From IMG/VR virus record IMGVR_UViG_2579778606_000002, positions 1 to 64,000 of that record: a DNA stretch of 64,000 nucleotides, one strand, 5' to 3'. The notes under the pieces are model-generated. The model did no database searches. It worked only from the letters and a program-made list of their open reading frames with translations, and was not told the DNA's origin. Within the stretch, counting starts at the first letter, position 1; each line of letters starts with the position of its first letter. The position numbers and the translations under genes were made by a program. This document shows, piece after piece, positions 34,735 to 43,034 of the stretch. Source of the DNA: a virus (taxonomy: Duplodnaviria; Heunggongvirae; Uroviricota; Caudoviricetes).

Positions 34735-34998
34735 ATGATATACTTCGTTGCGAATCACAGCATTGGCAAAGGGCATATTGTGAAACAACTCCCACCAAAC
34801 ACCCCGGAAACCATAATTGAAATCCGCCAGCGAATGGGGCTAACGCAAACGGAGTTAGCCCACAAAATGGGGTATCAACTCCGGGCTTGGCAATTCAAAG
34901 AAGATAGAAATAAACCGAGACGCCTTATGGCTGGTGAATTTGAGTACCTGTTATTGCTTGCTGGAGAGCATCCTGAATTTATTCTTACACCACGCTAA
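34735..34998 (+). CDS. XRE-family HTH DNA-binding protein, 87 aa
   Basis: HTH motif MGLTQTELAHKMG; small size typical of antitoxin/regulator. Confidence 0.5.
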   Translation: MIYFVANHSIGKGHIVKQLPPNTPETIIEIRQRMGLTQTELAHKMGYQLRAWQFKEDRNKPRRLMAGEFEYLLLLAGEHPEFILTPR

Positions 34999-35032
34999 AA
35001 AAACCCGCCTGACGGCGGGATTATCAATCATA

Positions 35033-35326
35033 TCAATTCACATCAATGTCTTGATATGATTCGCCAGTATCGTCTTCGTCGTCAGGATCTCCTTCCACCT
35101 CTGGCCACTCAACCTCCCAGCCAACAGTTTCCAGGCTCCGCAGAACAAACACCCCATCGGCATGAATGGTATTCACGATCCCCATTGCGGAATTTGTGTT
35201 GATAAAGCGTAAATCTTGCGCAATATTTTCTTCCGAAATATCGCCTTCAAATATACGCAATGTGCCGTCATCAGAGCATTCAACAATCCCTCTAATCCCA
35301 GCGGGACTCACAATGCTATACTTCAT
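35033..35326 (-). CDS. hypothetical acidic protein, 97 aa
   Basis: Last gene of Dar-like operon; acidic C-terminus. Confidence 0.4.
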   Translation of the reverse strand: MKYSIVSPAGIRGIVECSDDGTLRIFEGDISEENIAQDLRFINTNSAMGIVNTIHADGVFVLRSLETVGWEVEWPEVEGDPDDEDDTGESYQDIDVN

Positions 35327-38300
35327 TTTGCAACTCCTTCATACATCCCAAGAAAAATTCCAGCACGCCGTCATTGTTTAATACAGAGTTAGTCGCCTGC
35401 TCAGGATCGGCATACATCTGCAAGGCCATAGAAAAAATCTCAGTCGCCCTGCAATTGCTTAATGCAGGTGGCTTTGATATAAATCTGCCGCTGACAGAAC
35501 TTACCGTATTTTCCATATAAATTTTAGACATATATCCATGACTTAGGTCGGTTCGCACCAAATACTCAGCACTGCCACGGCTACCAATATTATGATAAAA
35601 AACTTTACCGTTAGTTTTTGATTTAATGAAGGCTTTGGCCCTCTCCAATAGATGGGGATTTGAATGTTCTATATGGTGACCTATTTCATGCCATAATACA
35701 CGCTCGTGATCACTATTAGCATCAATTGTTATATTCCCATTTCGACTTGCAAAAGCACGAACATTGTTCTTGTGGTTAATATTTTTTAATGTAGATAAAG
35801 TCCCTCCTGAAATAATATAGGCTTTTTCAATTGTCTCGCGAATACTGTATGCTTTACGGGAGAAAGTTTCATTATCGTGACCACTTAACTGCTCTGCTTC
35901 ATCAGAAATAGCAATCCCACGACTCCATTCCTTAGACTGGTCATGTGACACATTTGACGATTCAAGAATCATGTCAAATGCGGCTCTGACTTTTTTATGT
36001 ACTACATTTTCAAGCGCATTAGGATAGGCTTTTTGTCCACGTGTTAATGAAGCTATTTCATATAATTCTGCTTGCAAGTCTTCCGGTATGTCCAGATTAA
36101 AAACAAGCATTTTTTTCAGTTCATATCCAATCCCATGATCATTCTGGTGCAAAACCTCAGCAAGGTAGTCAGTGAGTTTTTCCTTATTTGACCTAACTTT
36201 ATTGATTTGTTCTATAGTAAAGTCAACGCGCTCCTTGATTCCGTAATATGAGGAATGCTCTGCTAATTCCACTATCTCCTTAAGCCTGACAAGTGTCTCA
36301 ATATACGCATCAGCGATCTCCTCTGCCGTTAGTTCGGAGCTAACTCCGACGCTGGCTGTTATTTCCCTACCAGCCGCCATAATATCGTTGATATTATGCA
36401 AGCTCTTTTTGAATAACTTCAAAGTATTTTGGATTATGCGCACCATCTCTTCTGCGCTTCCAGCTTTATTCATTTCCTTTCTAAATCTTAAAGCTGTTTT
36501 CTCTGCAATAGACGCTGGAGATTTTAAATAGTTACCTAACCAAACAAGACAACCATTGCGCAATTCATCAATGCTAAAGTCATCAGGAATATGTTTTGCT
36601 GCATTATGTAAAACACGTATAAATTGTTCAGCGGGCACGCCTTCTTCTGACATATTGCAAAACGTTTCAATGTCACAATCAATATTTCTTTCATCTGCGA
36701 GTGAAGGAGCTTCATCTCCTTTTTCAATCGCGTCACGCAGTGCGTTAGCATAAAAATTGCTGCGTTGATAAGACAATAACATCGTTGTTAACACAGCGTT
36801 GCTGTATCCATAACGTTTAGCCCACGCCTTAATCTCATTAACGGTGACATTGCGAATATAAAAACCAAGTTCCAAAAATACATTGCGCTTTATTTTTTTT
36901 GCGGACTCCTTAATTTTTTCTGACGCCTTCACGATTCGGATCAAGTCCTCCACGCTGGTCGCATCAGCAATTAGCTTTGAAATGTATGGTTCGACATCTC
37001 CCGAAACCGATTCGAACATGGCGAAATTAAGCCCTTTACCTTCGCCATACTCAGCCTCAATTTCATCAGAAACGGCAGATAAAATGCTACGCAGATCGAC
37101 ATCTCCGCCGCCGAACATATCGCCTAACGCTTGTTGCTGGTGAATAAGTTCATCGTTAATTTTTTGCGCCAGTTTCTTGAAAGCTGCCCCCATTCGCTTA
37201 GCGCTTCGGTTGTTGGCAACAATAAACAGAGCAAGCGCTTCTGCTTCCGGAGTGCTATCTCCAAACAATCCACGCTGTGCGATCACCTCTTCTACTGCCT
37301 GACCGTTATCTTTTGCTTCACGAACAAGGTTAATTGCTTCCTGTAGCGCGGCAATAGCCTGTTTATCCAGACCATTCAATTGCTCTATACCGTCTACCAG
37401 TCCGGTTACCGTGTCATGGTGAACATCACCTGAAAGCGACTGCATTTGCGCAAAATCGCTGGCTGCCGTATTTAATGCGGTAAGGATGTTACGCATTTCC
37501 GGATCTGGCTCTTCCGCCACCAACCGAACAAGCCTTTCATCCTTGTACGCTTTGGCAAAAATTGCATTCTGGATGCGGTCGATAAGTTGTTTCGTTGGAC
37601 GCCCATCGGCTGTAAGCAAACCTGCCGTCGCCGTATCACCTATTTCGCGCAAAAACGCACGAATAAACGCATCATTGGACCGCGCCAGTAGATTCCCATC
37701 ATCTGAAGGATTAAATAGCGCCATGACGCTCTCAGTGAGAAATTGCGCATCCGCATACGCTTTTTCACTTGCAGCCATCTCTTGCAGATCGCTGATGTTT
37801 GAATCGCGGGCGAACTGCGCACGATCAACATCAGTGAGTCTTTCGCGCACCAATACGGGCATAGACATTTGTGAAATGTCGTCAGGATTCAGACCAAACT
37901 CTTTTGCATGATCGATCAGGTACTGGCGATATTCATCCGCCTGCCCTTGCTCATAGGCACGCCAGATACCCATGCTCCTTCCGTTGCCGGATTCAACAAC
38001 GTTGTCCGGACCAACTATCGGCGCTCCGTGGCTGCTCATGCCGGAATCCGTTAATTGTGCCGGGCGTAAATTGGAGGCAATACGGTTAACCTGGAGTTTG
38101 CTGGATAGCCGTGTACGGTCACGTGGCTGGAGTTCTTCCGGGAAGGCCGGATTAATCGTACCGTCAAGGTTGTTCGAAATGATCAGACTGCTGGCATCAA
38201 CGACCTTAAAAGCCGTCTTTACCTCTGCCCCTTTACTGGTGACTACGTAACTACTGCGCCCCTGGCGTGTTTCTCGCCTCTCTAATGAAGAAACCAGCGC

Positions 38301-38357
38301 AATAACACTGTTAATGTCTGCTGCTTCGGATAGCGCGGAAGTAACTGACTTGTTCAA
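35316..38357 (-). CDS. ddrB: large Dar-cluster protein (DdrB-like) with C-terminal HExxH zinc-metallopeptidase motif
   Basis: 1013 aa; LWHEIGHHIEH about 124 aa from C-terminus (nt approx 35672..35695); position after darA/ddrA-like genes. Confidence 0.5.
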   Translation of the reverse strand: MNKSVTSALSEAADINSVIALVSSLERRETRQGRSSYVVTSKGAEVKTAFKVVDASSLIISNNLDGTINPAFPEELQPRDRTRLSSKLQVNRIASNLRPAQLTDSGMSSHGAPIVGPDNVVESGNGRSMGIWRAYEQGQADEYRQYLIDHAKEFGLNPDDISQMSMPVLVRERLTDVDRAQFARDSNISDLQEMAASEKAYADAQFLTESVMALFNPSDDGNLLARSNDAFIRAFLREIGDTATAGLLTADGRPTKQLIDRIQNAIFAKAYKDERLVRLVAEEPDPEMRNILTALNTAASDFAQMQSLSGDVHHDTVTGLVDGIEQLNGLDKQAIAALQEAINLVREAKDNGQAVEEVIAQRGLFGDSTPEAEALALFIVANNRSAKRMGAAFKKLAQKINDELIHQQQALGDMFGGGDVDLRSILSAVSDEIEAEYGEGKGLNFAMFESVSGDVEPYISKLIADATSVEDLIRIVKASEKIKESAKKIKRNVFLELGFYIRNVTVNEIKAWAKRYGYSNAVLTTMLLSYQRSNFYANALRDAIEKGDEAPSLADERNIDCDIETFCNMSEEGVPAEQFIRVLHNAAKHIPDDFSIDELRNGCLVWLGNYLKSPASIAEKTALRFRKEMNKAGSAEEMVRIIQNTLKLFKKSLHNINDIMAAGREITASVGVSSELTAEEIADAYIETLVRLKEIVELAEHSSYYGIKERVDFTIEQINKVRSNKEKLTDYLAEVLHQNDHGIGYELKKMLVFNLDIPEDLQAELYEIASLTRGQKAYPNALENVVHKKVRAAFDMILESSNVSHDQSKEWSRGIAISDEAEQLSGHDNETFSRKAYSIRETIEKAYIISGGTLSTLKNINHKNNVRAFASRNGNITIDANSDHERVLWHEIGHHIEHSNPHLLERAKAFIKSKTNGKVFYHNIGSRGSAEYLVRTDLSHGYMSKIYMENTVSSVSGRFISKPPALSNCRATEIFSMALQMYADPEQATNSVLNNDGVLEFFLGCMKELQNEV

Positions 38358-38450
38358 AATACACTCCCCTTACATAGAAAGCAGGAAGTGTAAAAAGTGT
38401 GTGATTTATGGACTTACAGGAAAGTGAAAGGGGCATTTCAGCCCCTTTGA

Positions 38451-38819
38451 TTACCCTGCATAACCGTTGGCTTTCACCCAGCTTATGGTCTGCTCTTTAG
38501 CCTGTTCCAACGTAAGGAACTCGCCTACATAGTTTGAGATCCCACGTAGCGCATCAATAAATTCCATTTGCGTGGACTTTGTGAATGCACCTCCAAGGAA
38601 GTCTGTCACTATCTTAGGAATGTCACCTGCAACAGTATCTGGCTGCGCCTGCGGATCCGATACTGATTGGGCCGCAGCCCCAAGCCCCAGTTTAAGCATC
38701 ACATCAACAATCTGCTTACCAATTGAGACGCGTTGCAATACTGGCGCGGTTTTCTGCGCCTGCATTAAATCTGATAGCTCTTTACCCAATTTCAGACGGT
38801 CTAAAACAGAGATAGTCAT
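38451..38819 (-). CDS. ddrA: small Dar-cluster protein (DdrA-like), 122 aa
   Basis: Position between darA-like and ddrB-like genes. Confidence 0.35.
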   Translation of the reverse strand: MTISVLDRLKLGKELSDLMQAQKTAPVLQRVSIGKQIVDVMLKLGLGAAAQSVSDPQAQPDTVAGDIPKIVTDFLGGAFTKSTQMEFIDALRGISNYVGEFLTLEQAKEQTISWVKANGYAG

Positions 38820-40744
38820 TAAGCACCTCCCTGCTGAATTTCAGCCAGAATGTTGATCAGGTAGTCAACTGCTGCGCCAACCGTTGCTTCGTTCTCGTCA
38901 TATCGACCAGCACTGATAAGAGCGTTTGCAGCTTCCTGCACATGATCAAGTTCAGCACTTATGACCGTCAGATCGCGGGATGTGAACTGCTCCGGAACGG
39001 ATTTCAGGTACTCAAGCGCTTTATCTGCTTCCTGGTCAGCTTCGCTTGCTGATTCACCCGCTTCTTCTGGCTCCGGCTCCTGTTCTGGTGCTGGTGCAGG
39101 TTGCGATTCTGGCTCAACTACAGGATCTGTTTTTACTTCGCTTGAATGATTTTGAAGGGCGTTATACACGTCCATAATGAAAAGGTTCTCCCCATCACCA
39201 AGTGGATATGCCACGTTCGGGAACGCTTTGCGGAAAAGAATTTTAACTTGCGCCTTGAATGTTTTCAGGTCACTTCCAAACAGATCTACATAGCCATCAA
39301 TATGTTTTACCATGCTGGACGCAACCAGCTCGTTCGCCATCCCTCTCAGTTCATCGTCATCAGGCAGATAGCGTAATTCGTACTGACTGACTTCTTCGTC
39401 TGTCAGTTTGCGGTCATACGTAATGATTCCGTGACGAGCATATTCGTAATACGGATCAGCCTGATCAGGACGGTCAAGTACAGCTTTATTTCCTTCAGGA
39501 ACCGCACCAACACCCGCCGGGCGAGATTGTAGCGCATAGCGATATTTACCAACCTCCAGGGGATCAGGATGTGATGCTGGTTGTGGCTCCTGTTCAGGCT
39601 GCGGCTGATCAGTTGGCTCAGGCTGGCCCGGCAACACATCCACTTTGTATTGATCAGCATTATGTTCACGATAGGCTTTAAGTAATTTGGTTGCAGCGTC
39701 CGCTGAACTCCCACCTTTAACAGCACTGACATCAATACTGAAATTGCCTTCTGGTGCCTCAATCGTGACAAAGCTATCACTGCCTGACGTGACATACTTA
39801 ACTACAGCACCATTATCCAGCGTTGTTTGGCCTTCTGTAGCAAGATTATGTTTTATGTGTCGCAGTTGATCATTGAAGGCACGCTCTTTAGTTCCTTGGC
39901 TCTTAGCTGACAATAAATTATCGCGCTTAGCCTGCAATTCCGCGTTAAGGGCTTTTTGTGCGTCTAATTTATTCTGCATATCATTGAGTGTTGAGCGTTT
40001 CTCTGCCAGCCCCCGCTGTGCGTCTTCAACCTGCTCAATCAGCACAGAACGTTCTTCTGCCAGCTTGTCGGCTTCATTGAGATACCCCTCAATATCAGCC
40101 TTCATTTTGTCCTGGCGCTCCTTTGCTTTTTTGAATTTTGCACTGTTACGCTCAATGAGGTTAGAAAGCGCCTGACACACCTGGCTCAGAGATACATCAC
40201 GCCCACCGATTGGCGCAACAACATGCGTAACGTTTCTTTTGTTAAGAAGAAACTGAAACGCAACCAGCTCGTCATCCCCTTTAATTCTTGTGCCGTCTGC
40301 GGTTGGAGAATGGAAAATTATGCTTGTCGTTTGTCCATCGGTTAGAGGTATTTGTGCTGTTACAACAGGGATATTAGCAACCCGGCGCACGCGCCCAATG
40401 ATTGCCCCACCGATACTATTACGTCCGTCTTCATATTCACCTGCCTCATCCGTACCCGCAGCAATGTCAGTGCCATTCAGGCCGCGATTAAGCGCCCGGA
40501 CAAATGCTCGCATTGTTTGCGCTAACCGCAATTTTGTTGTGGTTAAAGCTTCGAACATTGCCTCATTGGTAGTTACCAAAATTTCGTTGCCCATATAGGC
40601 CAGCTCGATATCTTCCAGCGTCGCAGGCTCGATAAGTAAATCATCCTCGGTGATATCTTCCGCCACCCAACGATTAGGCGTATATCCAGTGAGCGTATCT
40701 GCAAAAGTGGACTGGATATTTATTCGAATAGGTTTCTTTATCAT
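38819..40744 (-). CDS. darA: DarA-like antirestriction/capsid-internal protein precursor
   Basis: 641 aa (P1 DarA precursor about 639 aa); coiled-coil centre, Pro/Glu/Gln-rich linkers; operon order hdf-darA-ddrA-ddrB. Confidence 0.5.
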   Translation of the reverse strand: MIKKPIRINIQSTFADTLTGYTPNRWVAEDITEDDLLIEPATLEDIELAYMGNEILVTTNEAMFEALTTTKLRLAQTMRAFVRALNRGLNGTDIAAGTDEAGEYEDGRNSIGGAIIGRVRRVANIPVVTAQIPLTDGQTTSIIFHSPTADGTRIKGDDELVAFQFLLNKRNVTHVVAPIGGRDVSLSQVCQALSNLIERNSAKFKKAKERQDKMKADIEGYLNEADKLAEERSVLIEQVEDAQRGLAEKRSTLNDMQNKLDAQKALNAELQAKRDNLLSAKSQGTKERAFNDQLRHIKHNLATEGQTTLDNGAVVKYVTSGSDSFVTIEAPEGNFSIDVSAVKGGSSADAATKLLKAYREHNADQYKVDVLPGQPEPTDQPQPEQEPQPASHPDPLEVGKYRYALQSRPAGVGAVPEGNKAVLDRPDQADPYYEYARHGIITYDRKLTDEEVSQYELRYLPDDDELRGMANELVASSMVKHIDGYVDLFGSDLKTFKAQVKILFRKAFPNVAYPLGDGENLFIMDVYNALQNHSSEVKTDPVVEPESQPAPAPEQEPEPEEAGESASEADQEADKALEYLKSVPEQFTSRDLTVISAELDHVQEAANALISAGRYDENEATVGAAVDYLINILAEIQQGGA

Positions 40745-41382
40745 GCATCTTCCTCCAGGCGCGCTATTTCTTCTTTCAATACGCGAGTTTTCGCCAGTTC
40801 CTGCGCCATCTCGGTTCTAATGATTTCAGTTTCTCTTGTTGCGCGGTCTGAATTACCTTGCACCTGATTTAATTTTTCTTTGGCCCTTTCAATATCCTCG
40901 CTGATCGCATCGCGAGATTCCTTTGCCTCTGCTAGTTTCTGCGCATTGGACTTAACGCCTTTTATTTTCTTATTCCCATCATCAATATCTTTCGCCGCAC
41001 GAGCTAACTTACGCGCCAATGATTTCTGAAATGATGATGCGCCTTTATTAAATAAAGCAGCCAGTGATTGCCCTAAAGCCATCAGCGTTTTAACTGGCTT
41101 GAAAGGAACAATTTTTCCGTTCAGTTTTACACCAGAAATATCACCAGTATCATTAACCTGAACGTCCATCGTCTGCTCATCGATTCCGATAAGGGTAAAC
41201 GTGCGCGTCATGATCCCGTCTTTCTTCCTGCCATTACTGGCGGGGATCACCCTCGCTATCTTGTAGCCTCCTTTACCGATTTCTTTGACGAGTTTTGCCA
41301 GCCCCTTTTCGTTTAACTCATCATAATTAAGAAGAACATAATTAGATTTATTTGACATTCCAGTCTCCTTCACACTTTTCAA
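40741..41382 (-). CDS. hdf: Hdf-like protein, 213 aa
   Basis: Position immediately upstream of darA-like gene; coiled-coil C-terminus. Confidence 0.35.
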   Translation of the reverse strand: MKSVKETGMSNKSNYVLLNYDELNEKGLAKLVKEIGKGGYKIARVIPASNGRKKDGIMTRTFTLIGIDEQTMDVQVNDTGDISGVKLNGKIVPFKPVKTLMALGQSLAALFNKGASSFQKSLARKLARAAKDIDDGNKKIKGVKSNAQKLAEAKESRDAISEDIERAKEKLNQVQGNSDRATRETEIIRTEMAQELAKTRVLKEEIARLEEDA

Positions 41383-41794
41383 TCATAAACTGACGTTCTA
41401 TGCAGTCATTGATAGGGAAAATGCGATAAAGCGGATTCAGGCGGCAATTACCGTTAGTCAATGTGACCTTTAGATCCCACTTCGCTGGCTCAAGATATTT
41501 CGTGTCGATGAGCAAATATTCTTCTCTCTCACCGCGTTTTGATGCGTCAACTGGTCTTGTTTTCCCCGAAATAACCACAGATGGATTTTTCAAGTCCTGC
41601 AACCAATATTCGATTTGTGCATTGCTTACCCAGCTTCGCTTAACGCGAAGCGACACGGGAAACGCTATAGCAGACTCTTTCACTACAGCTTCGCCAATGC
41701 TCAAAATATCAACACTCTTGCGACGAAATAAGAAACGGTCAATAACGGCAACAAATGCCATGATAAAAATGAAATAATTTCCAAAGTCACCCAT
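41348..41794 (-). CDS. lydB: LydB-like antiholin candidate, 148 aa
   Basis: Size and position after holin-like gene match P1 lydA-lydB. Confidence 0.35.
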   Translation of the reverse strand: MGDFGNYFIFIMAFVAVIDRFLFRRKSVDILSIGEAVVKESAIAFPVSLRVKRSWVSNAQIEYWLQDLKNPSVVISGKTRPVDASKRGEREEYLLIDTKYLEPAKWDLKVTLTNGNCRLNPLYRIFPINDCIERQFMIEKCEGDWNVK

Positions 41795-42120
41795 TACTTC
41801 TCTCCACCTTTTCCCCCACTCGCTATTACGCTTAAGAGATTCAAGACGTTACTAGCTCTGGACTTCAAGCCCTGTAAAATTTCACTTCCGTTGTTACTGG
41901 CAATCAGAACAACGCAGTAAATGATGCCTTCCGGCCATTCATAGCTATCAGCCACCCAAAACCCCGCAAGCCCGGCAGTTACTGCAGTAAACAATTCACT
42001 CGCGAGGTTGAGCAGTGACGCAGAAATGCGCCCGTCTCTAACTCCGAGAAGGAATACGCCGGTTCCACTCAGCAGGGATGTTATGACTGCTACAGCCAGA
42101 TTTTCATAATCTGCAAACAT
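41794..42120 (-). CDS. lydA: holin-like membrane protein (LydA-like), 108 aa
   Basis: Multiple hydrophobic segments, Lys-rich C-terminus; size matches P1 LydA. Confidence 0.45.
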   Translation of the reverse strand: MFADYENLAVAVITSLLSGTGVFLLGVRDGRISASLLNLASELFTAVTAGLAGFWVADSYEWPEGIIYCVVLIASNNGSEILQGLKSRASNVLNLLSVIASGGKGGEK

Positions 42121-42202
42121 ACCCCTCCAGAAATGACGTTTAACGCGGCTTCAACTTATCCAGTTTGTTATTTCCCGACTAAATGCCATTCACACAAAAT
42201 GG

Positions 42203-42421
42203 ATGCATATGATGGCCCGGTGGTCCGTAAACCTCGTCACTCAGAGCGTGGAGGATGCCAAATTCGCGTATCAACAAAATGGTCCAAACACGGCTTTAAA
42301 GAGAAATACGCTTGAATGCGCAAGATGTGAGCTGATTCTTGAGGACAAAATGATGACATGTGAGTCTTCACAAGCGTCATTCAGTGAATATAATGCCCCC
42401 CTCTCAGATACCACTAACTGA
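42203..42421 (+). CDS. small plus-strand ORF (72 aa) with its own terminator, embedded between minus-strand operons
   Basis: Followed by strong terminator at 42434..42466; alternative frame ORF 42133..42315 also possible. Confidence 0.3.
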   Translation: MHMMARWSVNLVTQSVEDAKFAYQQNGPNTALKRNTLECARCELILEDKMMTCESSQASFSEYNAPLSDTTN

Positions 42422-42433
42422 GTGTTCATTTTG

Positions 42434-42466
42434 CCCGCCGTCATTGACTGGACGGCGGCTTTTTTG
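42434..42466 (+). terminator. rho-independent terminator: CCGCCGTC-N8-GACGGCGG followed by CTTTTTTG
   Basis: Hairpin plus T-tract read on plus strand. Confidence 0.55.
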
Positions 42467-42580
42467 TACCAAAGGATTGTATTACTAAAAAAGGTCACAA
42501 AAGCACTCACTAATAAAGCCCTCAACAAAAGAGGGCTTGAAATATCAAAAAAGCAGTGCTGATTGGATTGTTATGATTGT

Positions 42581-43003
42581 TTATACAGGCATCTCAGGCC
42601 ATGAGATATCTGCATCAACAGAAGTGTCAACTCTATTAAGAAGAACTCTATACCTCTTTAACTTTGTCAACATTTCTATTTCCTCATCAGTGGCAATATC
42701 CATATCAACAGCATCCTGAAGCGTTGATATTTTTATGCTCACATCATTCATAAGACTACTTTTGGTGTTTTCAGCAATGCTGACTCTATCCTCTAAGCTC
42801 ATAGGTTGTGGGTCAGATAACATTGGATAACCATCGCCATTTGCAATTATTATTTTCCCATTGCCATACCCTGATAACAATTCATCATATAAGTCATCAG
42901 GTATATGTACAGTATCGGACGGCCATGAACCGTTTTTATCGTAATCTTCTTTTAGTCTGTCGTCGTAGAAACCACCAGTCTCTTTGCTGTAATACTTTGC
43001 CAT
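42581..43003 (-). CDS. tail fibre assembly protein (Tfa family; P1 gene U-like)
   Basis: C-terminal SLM…LQDAVDMDIATDEEIEMLTKLKRYRVLLNRVDTSVDADISWPEMPV matches lambda Tfa / P2 G family. Confidence 0.8.
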   Translation of the reverse strand: MAKYYSKETGGFYDDRLKEDYDKNGSWPSDTVHIPDDLYDELLSGYGNGKIIIANGDGYPMLSDPQPMSLEDRVSIAENTKSSLMNDVSIKISTLQDAVDMDIATDEEIEMLTKLKRYRVLLNRVDTSVDADISWPEMPV

Positions 43004-43034
43004 TTAAGCACCTTCATTCTAATTAACTATATTT

